Below, in pieces: positions 41,418 to 50,172 of a stretch of DNA of 64,000 nucleotides. The stretch's first letter is position 1. Every line of letters starts with the position of its first letter. The notes below the pieces were generated by a model, which saw nothing but the letters and a program-made list of their open reading frames with translations, had not been told where the DNA came from and did no database searches. Source of the stretch: Gammaproteobacteria bacterium. Its GTDB lineage: Bacteria > Pseudomonadota > Gammaproteobacteria > Pseudomonadales > Azotimanducaceae. The stretch lies in NCBI GenBank assembly GCA_003247835.1, contig QJYB01000006.1, positions 3,183-67,182 on the forward strand, in the 5' to 3' direction. The position numbers and the translations under genes were made by a program.

Positions 41418-41848
41418 GCCTGATCCACCATGTAGGTCACGGCGGACTGCAGCTCGTCGTCCGAGCAGGCCATGCATGTGCCTCTGGGCGGCATCATGTT
41501 CAGGCCGTTCAGGGTGCTGGCCATGAGCGCATCCATGCCCTTGTCGATCCGCGGGCCCCAGGCTTCCGCGCTGCCGAACAGCGGAGCACCGCTCGCGCCC
41601 GTGGCATGACAGGCAAAACAGAACTGGTTGTAGACGTCCTCTCCCGACTTCGGACCGCTGGAGGCGGTGGCCGCCGCGGTGCCGCAATCTTCCCCGGCCC
41701 GACAGAGACTGCCGAACGGTGTCAGCCTTGTGCGGATGTCGTCATCGGTACCGGGCGGAACGGCATCCGCCTGAACGGAAAGCACCGCGACTGAGGTCAG
41801 CACAGCCAGCGTGACTCTGGCGATCTTGTTGAGGTGAGACACCCGCAA
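41411..41848 (-). CDS. Membrane-anchored class I c-type cytochrome (c5-like)
   Basis: The N-terminal anchor is VTLAVLTSVAVLSV. There is a single heme motif CFACH and a distal Met context (MMPPRGTCMAC). Confidence 0.85.
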   Translation of the reverse strand: MRVSHLNKIARVTLAVLTSVAVLSVQADAVPPGTDDDIRTRLTPFGSLCRAGEDCGTAAATASSGPKSGEDVYNQFCFACHATGASGAPLFGSAEAWGPRIDKGMDALMASTLNGLNMMPPRGTCMACSDDELQSAVTYMVDQAH

Positions 41849-41892
41849 TTCTCCGAACTGTCTAAAACGAGCGGCCGCGAATTATAGCCGCG

Positions 41893-43047
41893 TCAGCCGG
41901 TGGCGTCGAACAGCTCCCGGCCGATGAGCATGCGCCGGATCTCACTGGTTCCAGCCCCGATCTCGTAGAGCTTGGCGTCCCGCAGCAGGCGGCCGGTGGC
42001 ATAGTCGTTGATGTAGCCGTTGCCGCCCAGCGCCTGAATCGCCTGGCTCGCCATCCACGTGGCGCGTTCGGCCGCATAGAGGATGCATCCTGCCGCGTCG
42101 AACCGGGTCGTGCGTCCGGCGTCGCAGGCCTCGGCGACCGCGTATACGTAAGCCCGGCAGGCGTTCATGGTGGTGTACATGTCCGCCACCTTACCCTGCA
42201 TGAGCTGAAACGTGCCGATCGGAGATCCGAACTGCTTGCGCTCGTGGACGTAAGGCAGCACCACATCCAGGCAGGCCTGCATGATGCCCAGCGGTCCGCC
42301 GGCCAGCACCACCCGTTCGTAGTCGAGCCCGCTCATCAGGATCTTCACCCCCTGGCCCACCTCGCCGAGCACGTTGTTGCGCGGTACCTGGCAGTTCTCG
42401 AACACCAGCTCACAGGTATCCGAGCCGCGCATGCCGAGCTTGTCCAGCTTCTGAGCGGTACTGAAGCCCGGCATGCCACGCTCGATGAGAAAGGCGGTGA
42501 TACCGCGACTGCCGAGGGACGGATCCACCGTCGCGTAGACTACCAGCACGTCGGCGCCCGGCCCGTTGGTGATCCACATCTTGCTGCCGTTGAGCACGAA
42601 CACGTCACCCTGCTCCTCGGCCCGCAGCTTCATGCTCACCACGTCCGAACCCGCGCCTGGTTCGCTCATGGCCAGCGCGCCGAGGAATTCCCCGGACATC
42701 AGCCCGGGCAGGTAGGCGGTCTTCTGAGCAGGTGTGCCAAACCGGCGTATCTGATTCACGCACAGGTTGGAGTGGGCACCGTAGGAGAGCCCGACGGCCG
42801 CGGAGGCACGGCTGATTTCCTCCATGACCACGGTATGCGCCAGGTAGCCGAGACCGGCGCCGCCGTCCGCTTCTTCGACGGTGATTCCAAGCAGACCCAG
42901 CGCCCCGAGCTTCGGCCACAGCTGGCGGGGAAACTCGTTCCGTGCATCCACGTCCGCTGCCAGCGGCGCGATCTCCGCAGCCGCGAACTGCCGCACCGTA
43001 TCGCGCAGCAGGTTCATGGTCTCGCCGTGGCCGAAGTCGAAATCCAT
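41893..43047 (-). CDS. ivd: Isovaleryl-CoA dehydrogenase-like acyl-CoA dehydrogenase
   Basis: The blocks [48 protein letters not shown] and [19 protein letters not shown] are present. Confidence 0.85.
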   Translation of the reverse strand: MDFDFGHGETMNLLRDTVRQFAAAEIAPLAADVDARNEFPRQLWPKLGALGLLGITVEEADGGAGLGYLAHTVVMEEISRASAAVGLSYGAHSNLCVNQIRRFGTPAQKTAYLPGLMSGEFLGALAMSEPGAGSDVVSMKLRAEEQGDVFVLNGSKMWITNGPGADVLVVYATVDPSLGSRGITAFLIERGMPGFSTAQKLDKLGMRGSDTCELVFENCQVPRNNVLGEVGQGVKILMSGLDYERVVLAGGPLGIMQACLDVVLPYVHERKQFGSPIGTFQLMQGKVADMYTTMNACRAYVYAVAEACDAGRTTRFDAAGCILYAAERATWMASQAIQALGGNGYINDYATGRLLRDAKLYEIGAGTSEIRRMLIGRELFDATG

Positions 43048-43059
43048 GTTCGCCCCCCG

Positions 43060-43467
43060 TCAGTCCGGCCGGACGGCAAATCTGCCGCTGCCCATGAGCA
43101 TCACTGCCAGGGCGGCGAAGGTGTAGAACGCCTGCAGCTCCAGTGCGTATCCACCGTGTTCGTTCAGCGTCAGCAGTTCAGCCGTGTGCACGAGCCCGAC
43201 GGCAAACAGCATGTTCACCACCATCAGTCCGGCACCGATCCTGCAGTAGACACCCGCAAGGACCATCAGCGGCGCAACAATCTCGCCCACGTACACGCCA
43301 TAGGCGAGGACGGACGGCAGCCCCAGATCCGACAGCTGTCGGCCGATCCAGTTGAGCGCGCTGCCGTCGCCCAACTTGGCGACGCCGTGAAAAACGGTCA
43401 GCCCACCCAGCATCACCCGCAGGATGAGCTTACCGACGTCTTCGCTCTGCTGTGATTTGAACATCAC
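43060..43467 (-). CDS. DoxX family membrane protein
   Basis: The product is 135 aa with four hydrophobic segments. A DoxX-like GLTVFHGVAKL...GEIVAPLMVLAG pattern is present. Confidence 0.75.
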   Translation of the reverse strand: MMFKSQQSEDVGKLILRVMLGGLTVFHGVAKLGDGSALNWIGRQLSDLGLPSVLAYGVYVGEIVAPLMVLAGVYCRIGAGLMVVNMLFAVGLVHTAELLTLNEHGGYALELQAFYTFAALAVMLMGSGRFAVRPD

Positions 43468-43487
43468 CTTTCTCCCGGGTACGCCGA

Positions 43488-44873
43488 TCAGCCAACCCAG
43501 GCGAGGGTTTCGTTCAGTGCCAGTGTGAACTTTTCGAACAGCTCATCGATCTGTGCCTCGGAGATGATAAGCGGTGGACAGATCGCCATGCTGTCACCCA
43601 GCGCGCGCAGAATCAGACCGTGCGCCTCACATCGCGCCATGCAGTACGCACCCACGCCCTTGTCGTATGGAAACGGAGTGCCGAGATTCTTGTCCGCTAC
43701 CAGCTCCGCCGCACCGATGAGCCCGGCACCGCGAACCTCACCCACCAGCGGGTGATCCGCGAGCATCGCCAGCCGCTGCTGCATGATCTCGCCCACCCGC
43801 GCCGCGTGCGCGAAGAGATCCCGTTCCTCCATCAGCTCTATGTTTCGCAACGCCACCGCGGCACATACCGGGTGGCCCGAGTAGGTGAAGCCGTGGCTGA
43901 AGTTTCCGAGCTCGGCACTCATGTCGACGAAGGCGTCGAACATCGACTCGGGCAGCAGTACCGCCGACAGCGGCAGATAGGCGGACGACACGGCCTTTGC
44001 CACGCTCATCGTGTCCGGAACTATGTCGAAGGTTTCCGCGCCGAACGGTCGACCGGTACGTCCAAAGCCGCAGATCACCTCGTCGTCGATGAAGAGTATC
44101 TCGTGCTTTTTCAGCAGCGCCTGGACCTTCTGGTAATAGCCCGCCGGCGGCACGATCACCCCACCGGCACCGAGGATGGGCTCGGCGATGAAGGCGGCAA
44201 TGGTCTCCGGTCCTTCCTCGAGGATCATGGATTCCAGGTTGCCGACGATCCGGTCGACGAAGTCCGATTCACTTTCACCGCCCTGACGCCCCCGGTAGTA
44301 GTGCGGGCAATCCGTATGCAGGATGCCGGGAATTGGCAGATCGAAGTACTTGTGAAAGGGCGGCAGGCCGGTGAGCGAACCGGCGGCAACGGTCACCCCG
44401 TGATAGCCGCGCAGGCGGGAGATGATTTTCTTCTTCTCCGGTCTGCCCACGCAGTTGTTGTAGTACCACATGAGCTTGACCTGGGTGTCGTTCGCGTCGC
44501 TGCCGGACAGACCAAAGAACACCCGTCCCGCGTCCATGGGCACCATGGCCTTGAGCTTCTCGGCGAGCTGCACGCTCGGCTCGTTGGTCTTGCCCGCGAA
44601 CAGCTGGGAATAGCAGAGGGTCTTCATCTGCTCCTCGGCGACGCGAGCCAGCTCTTCCTCGCCGTAACCGAGCGCCGTACACCAGAGCCCCGCCATGCCT
44701 TCCAGATACTGCTTGCCCTGGTTGTCCCAGAGGTAGACGCCCTTGGCCCGCGCATGCACCCGGGGACCCTGAGCCTGGTGCTGCTTCAGGTTGGTCGAGG
44801 GGTGCAGCAGGTGCCGGAGATCCCGGGCCTCGATTGAGTCGGGAGGAAATTCGTTGTGTAGCGGGTCGGCCAT
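43488..44873 (-). CDS. Class III (omega) aminotransferase, PLP-dependent
   Basis: [39 protein letters not shown] and MSVAKAVSS (PLP lysine) are present. Confidence 0.9.
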   Translation of the reverse strand: MADPLHNEFPPDSIEARDLRHLLHPSTNLKQHQAQGPRVHARAKGVYLWDNQGKQYLEGMAGLWCTALGYGEEELARVAEEQMKTLCYSQLFAGKTNEPSVQLAEKLKAMVPMDAGRVFFGLSGSDANDTQVKLMWYYNNCVGRPEKKKIISRLRGYHGVTVAAGSLTGLPPFHKYFDLPIPGILHTDCPHYYRGRQGGESESDFVDRIVGNLESMILEEGPETIAAFIAEPILGAGGVIVPPAGYYQKVQALLKKHEILFIDDEVICGFGRTGRPFGAETFDIVPDTMSVAKAVSSAYLPLSAVLLPESMFDAFVDMSAELGNFSHGFTYSGHPVCAAVALRNIELMEERDLFAHAARVGEIMQQRLAMLADHPLVGEVRGAGLIGAAELVADKNLGTPFPYDKGVGAYCMARCEAHGLILRALGDSMAICPPLIISEAQIDELFEKFTLALNETLAWVG

Positions 44874-44940
44874 GGGCGGCTCCTCAGTGTTCGATCCAAG
44901 TCGGACGAGCGCCCATGATGCCCCAGATCCACGTGTGCCG

Positions 44941-46044
44941 TCAGGCTGCGCGGGGGAATCCTCCGGAAGGCAGACCCAGCGCCTGGGCTACATTCGGGTG
45001 CATGATGGCACCTTCGTGGACGTTGAGTCCGCGGGCAAACCCAGCATCGGCTTCGAAACAGCGTTGCCAGCCCTGTTCGGCAAGACCGATCACATAAGGC
45101 AGCGTCACGTTGTTCAGCGCCAGCGTGGACGTGCGCGCCACTGCGCCCGGCATGTTGGTGACGCAGTAGTGCACCACACCTTCCTCTATATAGGTGGGGT
45201 CGTCGTGCGTCGTCGGGCGGGAGGTTTCGAAGCAGCCACCCTGGTCGATGGAGATGTCCACCATGGCTGCACCGTCAGCCATCTCCCGGACCATCTCCCG
45301 GCTCACCAGACGCGGCGCCGCCGCCCCGGGGATCAGCACGGCGCCAACGACGAGATCCGCGGCGAGCACCTCGTCGCGAACGTTCTGCCCACTCGCCATG
45401 AGCACCCGCGCCCGGCCACGGAAGTGATCGGCCAGCCACTTCAGTCGGGGTACCGACCTGTCCAGGACGGTGACGTCAGCCTGCAGGCCCACCGCCATTT
45501 CCGCCGCGTTGCTGCCGGCGATGCCACCGCCGAGGATGACGACCTTACCAGGCGCGACGCCGGGTACACCGCCCAGCAGGGTACCGCGTCCGCCACTCGC
45601 CTTCTGCAGCGCATAGGCGCCGACCTGAATCGACATGCGCCCGGCCACTTCGCTCATGGGGGTGAGCAGCGGCAATCCCTGGTCGGAGGTCACGGTCTCG
45701 TAGGCGATGGCGGTAACTCCGGATGCCATCAACGCTTCCGCCTGAGGACGGTCTGCCGCGAGATGCAGATAGGTGAACAGCACCTGGCCGCGACGCAGCC
45801 GGGCACATTCTTCGAGCTGTGGCTCCTTGACCTTCACCACCAGATCCGCGGCGAAGGCATCATCCACGGAGCCGACCCGGGCACCGGCCGCCAGGTAGTC
45901 CGCATCAGCGAAACCGATACCGGCTCCAGCCCCGGATTCCACCACCACGTCATGTCCCAGCCCTGTCAACTCGGCGGCGGATGCCGGCGTCAGTCCGACC
46001 CGATACTCGTGAACCTTGATCTCCCTGGGTACTCCGATTCGCAT
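44941..46044 (-). CDS. ald: Alanine dehydrogenase
   Basis: The start is at [20 protein letters not shown]. The NAD motif [14 protein letters not shown] is present. The ORF-track start at 46305 extends into the divergent promoter region. Confidence 0.92.
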   Translation of the reverse strand: MRIGVPREIKVHEYRVGLTPASAAELTGLGHDVVVESGAGAGIGFADADYLAAGARVGSVDDAFAADLVVKVKEPQLEECARLRRGQVLFTYLHLAADRPQAEALMASGVTAIAYETVTSDQGLPLLTPMSEVAGRMSIQVGAYALQKASGGRGTLLGGVPGVAPGKVVILGGGIAGSNAAEMAVGLQADVTVLDRSVPRLKWLADHFRGRARVLMASGQNVRDEVLAADLVVGAVLIPGAAAPRLVSREMVREMADGAAMVDISIDQGGCFETSRPTTHDDPTYIEEGVVHYCVTNMPGAVARTSTLALNNVTLPYVIGLAEQGWQRCFEADAGFARGLNVHEGAIMHPNVAQALGLPSGGFPRAA

Positions 46045-46165
46045 GGCAACACCTTGGTGGCAGATTTTGAGTTGCCGACCATGTTGCCGGAAGGGCCACA
46101 GCGAAACCTTGCGTTCTGTGGAATATCGGCTATCTTTTTCGCAGTTTCTGCAATAAATATTAAAA

Positions 46166-46642
46166 ATGACGCAAGGATCTTTTAGTCTTGATCGAATCGA
46201 CCGCGCAATCCTGCACGAGCTGCAGTCGGATGCCCGTCTCTCCAATACGGCCCTCTCGGCACGAGTCAACCTGTCGGAGTCCGCCTGCCTGCGCCGCGTG
46301 CGCAACCTGGAAGGCCTCGGGCTGATCCAGGGCTATGTCGGCATCGTCGACCAGTCCATGGCCGGCTACCCCGACAACGTCTTCGTCCAGATCACCCTGG
46401 CCAGCCAGCAGCGGGACGATCTGGCGGCCTTCGAGGCCGCCGTAACCGGTCTGCCGGAGGTCATGGAGTGCTACCTGATGTCGGGCGACAGCGACTATCT
46501 GCTGCGCGTTATCGTCGAGGATGCCCGGGACTACGAACGGATACACAGCAACCACCTCACCCGTCTACCGGGCGTGGATCGCGTTCACTCGTCGTTCGCG
46601 CTGCGGACTGTGATCCGCCGTACGGAGGTACCGATCAGATGA
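46166..46642 (+). CDS. lrp: Lrp/AsnC family transcriptional regulator
   Basis: LDRIDRAILHELQSDARLSNTALSARVNLSESACLRRVRNLE (HTH) plus an RAM/ACT-like C-terminus are present. The gene is divergent from ald. Confidence 0.9.
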   Translation: MTQGSFSLDRIDRAILHELQSDARLSNTALSARVNLSESACLRRVRNLEGLGLIQGYVGIVDQSMAGYPDNVFVQITLASQQRDDLAAFEAAVTGLPEVMECYLMSGDSDYLLRVIVEDARDYERIHSNHLTRLPGVDRVHSSFALRTVIRRTEVPIR

Positions 46643-46695
46643 GGTCTGATCAGAGATCAGATGAGGCCTGATCAAAGATCAGGCCTGATCAGATC
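46633..46695. repeat. GATC-dense tandem hairpin repeat between convergent lrp and SDR genes
   Basis: The 22-nt unit GATCAGATGAGG(T/C)CTGATCA(G/A)A occurs twice (46633-54 and 46655-76), followed by the palindrome GATCAGGCCTGATC (46677-90). There are 7 GATC sites in 63 nt. The repeat overlaps both stop codons (46640-42 and 46689-91). Confidence 0.85.
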
Positions 46696-47492
46696 AGGTC
46701 GGCCGGCTCGAGCGAGAACTCTTCTATCACCTGGTCCGCATAGTCGATACGTCCGGTCAGCGCCTTCGGATCACCGTGCACCAGGCGCAGGCAGGCTTCC
46801 GCCATGTGCTCCACCGGCGTCACCCGGCTCTTGTTCTGCTCGTTGATGAGCTTGTGATGCATCACGCCCGGGGTGGCAACCAGTCCCGGCGAGATCACAT
46901 TGACGCCTATGTTCTCGTCGTAGAGCTCCTGAGCGAGACCGGTGGTGAACCGCTCCAGCGCGGCCTTGCACATGCCGTAGACCGTGCCGCCACGACCGCC
47001 CAGGGTCTTGTCCGGGTGAATCGCCGCATGGGAAGAGATGTTCAGAATCCAGCCATGACCACGTTCCCGCATGCCAGGCAGAACGAGCTGAGAGAGCTCG
47101 AACGGCGCCCAGACCTGCACGTCCATCATCAGACGGAAGCGCTTCTCGGGAAATTCCGTCACCGGAATGAAATACGTGATGGCGGCGTTGTTGACGAGGA
47201 TGTCCACGCCCCCATATGCCTCTTCGGCAGCCCTGATCAGGTTGTGCCGGTCCTCCCTTTCTGCCAGGTCGGCCTTGACAGCGATGGCTTCACCGCCAGC
47301 CGCCTTGATCCGCTCCACCGTATCGGTGATGGTGCCGGGGAGGTAGTGCTCGTCCGCACTGACCGTACGCGCCGAAACCACCACGCGGGCTCCTTCCATC
47401 GCGTAGCGCAGGGCGATGGCTTCACCGATACCGCGGCTCGCGCCGGTCACCACTGCTACCTGTCCTTTCAGGACGCCGTTCGCTTTGATCAT
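46689..47492 (-). CDS. Short-chain dehydrogenase/reductase (SDR)
   Basis: The start is at MIKANGVLKGQVAVVTGASRGIGEAIA (TGxxxGxG). NNAA and the catalytic YGMCKAAL are present. GGGGAGAGAG lies before the ATG at 47492. Confidence 0.88.
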   Translation of the reverse strand: MIKANGVLKGQVAVVTGASRGIGEAIALRYAMEGARVVVSARTVSADEHYLPGTITDTVERIKAAGGEAIAVKADLAEREDRHNLIRAAEEAYGGVDILVNNAAITYFIPVTEFPEKRFRLMMDVQVWAPFELSQLVLPGMRERGHGWILNISSHAAIHPDKTLGGRGGTVYGMCKAALERFTTGLAQELYDENIGVNVISPGLVATPGVMHHKLINEQNKSRVTPVEHMAEACLRLVHGDPKALTGRIDYADQVIEEFSLEPADLI

Positions 47493-47559
47493 CTCTCTCC
47501 CCCGAAGTGATTCGGCCACACTATATCGTGCCGGGGGTTCGACGGTACACTCGCGTCCC

Positions 47560-48120
47560 ATGACACGAGGACTGACACGAAGATCGAGTCTGTACCTGCT
47601 CGTGATGACCTTGAGCGGTGTCGCGGCTCGGGCGGACGACTGCAGGGACGCGGCGCTGGCCGTGAATCCCGCTGCGGAAACGTTGTGCTCCGATGCCATC
47701 GCCCGGCTGAGTTACCGCGGCGGCACGCCGTCCGGCACGGAAGGCGCAGACGCAGACACCCTGGCGCTCGCCGCCGCGTTCAACAACCGGGCCATGGCAC
47801 GGATTGCTGCGGGGAACCTGACCGGTGCTGCAGAAGATCTGGGAGAGGCCGTGACTCTGGCACCGGATCAGTGGGCCATCTATCTCAATCGGGGCAATCT
47901 GCATCTGGCGGAAAACCAGCCCCAGGCGGCGCTGGCGGACTATGCCCGGGCAGACAGCCTGTCGCCGGCAGCGAGAGTGGCGGTGCTGAAAAACGCCGTT
48001 CTGGCCTATCGCTCGCTTGGCGATCTGGGCCAGGCAACGGCCAGCCTGGTCGAGGCCGAATCCCTCAGTGCGCGTTCAGCGGTCCGTACTCCCGCGGAAC
48101 CCGGGCCCCCACGCCGGTGA
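47560..48120 (+). CDS. Secreted TPR-repeat protein (hypothetical)
   Basis: The start is at MTRGLTRRSSLYLLVMTLSGVAARA (signal-like). TPR-like AxxNRGxxxxxxxxxxxAxxDY patterns are present. The 3' end overlaps alr by 56 nt. Confidence 0.55.
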   Translation: MTRGLTRRSSLYLLVMTLSGVAARADDCRDAALAVNPAAETLCSDAIARLSYRGGTPSGTEGADADTLALAAAFNNRAMARIAAGNLTGAAEDLGEAVTLAPDQWAIYLNRGNLHLAENQPQAALADYARADSLSPAARVAVLKNAVLAYRSLGDLGQATASLVEAESLSARSAVRTPAEPGPPRR

Positions 48121-49123
48121 GCAACGTATAGGCCATGGTGTCGGCGTCGAGCGCTGCCTCGTCGATGGGCAGCTGGGCGCCGAAGCATTCCGCCCAGTCG
48201 CCGGGCTTCACCCCGTCGACGCCGGTGACGTCCACCACGGTCATGTCCATGGATACCCGGCCGAGGATGGGTCTGCGCCCGCCGCCGAGAAACAGCGATC
48301 CTCTGCCGGACAGGTGTCGGGAAACGCCGTCCGCATAACCCAGGGCCACCACGGCGACTGACGCGGGCCGCTCGAGCACGCAGCTGGCGCCGTAGCCCAC
48401 CGACGCGCCGGCGGGGAGCGTCTTGACCTGCAGCACCCGCCCCTGGAGCGCAGCCACCGGCCGGCAGGGATTGGGGCGGTCGATGAACGGATTGCCACCG
48501 AACAGACCGATGCCCGGCCGGCCCAGGTCGCCCTGACGGGCTGCTTCCGTCAGGCACCCGGCGGAATTGCCGATGCTGGTCCGGATCCCCGGAAACCGCG
48601 CCACCACGGCAGCAAAACGTCGCAGCTGAATGGCGTTCTGGGGATGCGCAGGCTCGTCCGCACAGGCCAGATGGGTCATCAGCAGGGAGAGCGGCATGCC
48701 ATCGAAGTCGGCGATGTCCACGTCGGTGTCAAAGCCGAGCCGACCCATGCCCGAATCCACATGCACCGCTGCCGGCAGGCCTTGCTTCCGCCGCCACAGC
48801 TGACGCTGACCGGGATGATTCAGCACCGGGGTGATGGCGGACCCGGCAAGGGCGTCCGCACTGGCCGCTTCCGGACCTTCCAGCGCGAAGATTTCCGGGT
48901 CCGGTCCCAATGCTTTTCGCAGCGACAGCGCTTCGTCCACGGTGGCGACGAAGAAGCTCCGGCAGCCGGCATGCTGAAGGCGCAGGGCGGCCGCGTCTGC
49001 GCCCGCACCATAGCCGTTCGCCTTGACCACCGCAGCGACCGCGCGACCGCCCGCGGCAGCGACGAAGACGCCGTAGTTGGCTGCGAGGGCGTCGAGATCG
49101 ACGAGGAGCCGTCGATTCCCCAC
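48065..49123 (-). CDS. alr: Alanine racemase
   Basis: The PLP-lysine motif AVVKANGYGAG is present, with conserved blocks SIGNSAG and GYGA...VALGYADG. The product is 352 aa. Confidence 0.92.
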   Translation of the reverse strand: MGNRRLLVDLDALAANYGVFVAAAGGRAVAAVVKANGYGAGADAAALRLQHAGCRSFFVATVDEALSLRKALGPDPEIFALEGPEAASADALAGSAITPVLNHPGQRQLWRRKQGLPAAVHVDSGMGRLGFDTDVDIADFDGMPLSLLMTHLACADEPAHPQNAIQLRRFAAVVARFPGIRTSIGNSAGCLTEAARQGDLGRPGIGLFGGNPFIDRPNPCRPVAALQGRVLQVKTLPAGASVGYGASCVLERPASVAVVALGYADGVSRHLSGRGSLFLGGGRRPILGRVSMDMTVVDVTGVDGVKPGDWAECFGAQLPIDEAALDADTMAYTLLTGVGARVPREYGPLNAH

Positions 49124-49135
49124 GGCCGGCGCGAC

Positions 49136-49765
49136 TTACTTCAGGGTGTCGATATAGGCCACCACGTCGCTGACCGCCTTGTCGGTCGCCAGGGTTGCCG
49201 CCATGGGCTTCATCTGCATACCCCAGGTGTCCTTCGGATCGTAACCGCGCAGACCTTTCTTGAAGTTGGCGATCTGGCGCACCAGGTACCAGTCCTCCTG
49301 ACCGGCTAGCTTCGGGCCACCCAACTGCTGATTGCCTTCACCGTTCTGGCCGTGGCATGCCGCGCAGACGGCATAGGCCGACTTGCCGGCGGCAGCGTCA
49401 CCAGTGATCGTCGCAGGCGCATCGGATGGAGGCAGCGTCGCAATGTAGGCGATGAGGTTTGCCTGAGCGGTGGCATCGCCGACGGCCATGGCCATGGGAC
49501 GCATCTGGGCACCGAAGGTATCACCCGGCGCGGTGCCCCGAAGGCCGTCGCGGAACGCGGACAGCTGGCGCTCGATGTACCAGGACTCCTGACCGGCGAG
49601 CTTCGGTGCATTCATGGCGACATTGCCTTCTCCCTGCTGACCGTGGCACGCGGCGCAGACCGCATAGGCGGACTTGCCGGCGGCCGCATCCGCGGCGACG
49701 CCCACGTGGGGCATGGCGAGCAGGGTCGCGACGAACGTCATCGTGACGACGGGTGTGAACTTCAT
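49136..49765 (-). CDS. Diheme cytochrome c4
   Basis: A signal peptide is followed by two repeats of AAGKSAYAVCAACHGQ(Q/N)GEGN (two CxxCH motifs), each with a downstream Met ligand region. Confidence 0.92.
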   Translation of the reverse strand: MKFTPVVTMTFVATLLAMPHVGVAADAAAGKSAYAVCAACHGQQGEGNVAMNAPKLAGQESWYIERQLSAFRDGLRGTAPGDTFGAQMRPMAMAVGDATAQANLIAYIATLPPSDAPATITGDAAAGKSAYAVCAACHGQNGEGNQQLGGPKLAGQEDWYLVRQIANFKKGLRGYDPKDTWGMQMKPMAATLATDKAVSDVVAYIDTLK

Positions 49766-49839
49766 GTGTAACTACTCCTGCTGGAATGAATCCGGGTGCG
49801 CGAAGATGCGCGCACGGTGGTCGAAGACGCTGAGGCTGT

Positions 49840-50046
49840 TCAGCGACGCCAGAACGCGAGCCAGGAAGGTCGCTGCTCGCGACGCTCGCCCCGGCGGCGG
49901 TCATAGCGCAGCCCGTCACGGCGGGCACGTACTTCGAACAGTCCTCCCGAGCGACGGCGGTCGCTGTACACCCGTCTGTCCGTGCCGGACCGACGGCCGA
50001 TGGGTCGTTCTTCGGGAAGGGATGCGAAACCGGTTTTCTGGTCCAT
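49840..50046 (-). CDS. Hypothetical 68-aa arginine-rich protein (coding status uncertain)
   Basis: The ORF has mostly G/C third positions, like neighbouring genes. Arg makes up 20 of 68 residues, with three DRR(R) motifs. The SD is weak. A hairpin GTGCGCG-aagatg-CGCGCAC lies just downstream (about 49797-49816). Confidence 0.35.
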   Translation of the reverse strand: MDQKTGFASLPEERPIGRRSGTDRRVYSDRRRSGGLFEVRARRDGLRYDRRRGERREQRPSWLAFWRR

Positions 50047-50172
50047 TCGCTAACCGCGAACCAATCGCGCTTCTGAGGGTGGTCGAACTATAGCCGGTCA
50101 TTCCGAACACCTCAAACCCGTTCCGGAGTCGGTACGGATGCGCCGGCAACAGGTTTCTGCTCTCATAGACGC

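Noticed and set aside
46120-46165. AT-rich stretch (TTTCTGCAATAAATATTAAAAATGA) considered as a dif site because xerC is in the window
   Set aside because: It matches both Xer-binding arms of the gammaproteobacterial dif consensus poorly. It lies in the ald/lrp divergent promoter region, where AT-rich Lrp and promoter sites are expected. The window looks more like an origin-proximal than a terminus-type gene set by analogy to Pseudomonas.
46633-46695. Possible CRISPR array, suggested by the tandem 22-nt repeats
   Set aside because: There are only two full units, directly abutting with no spacers. There are no cas genes in the window, and the units overlap coding stop codons. It is not a CRISPR array.
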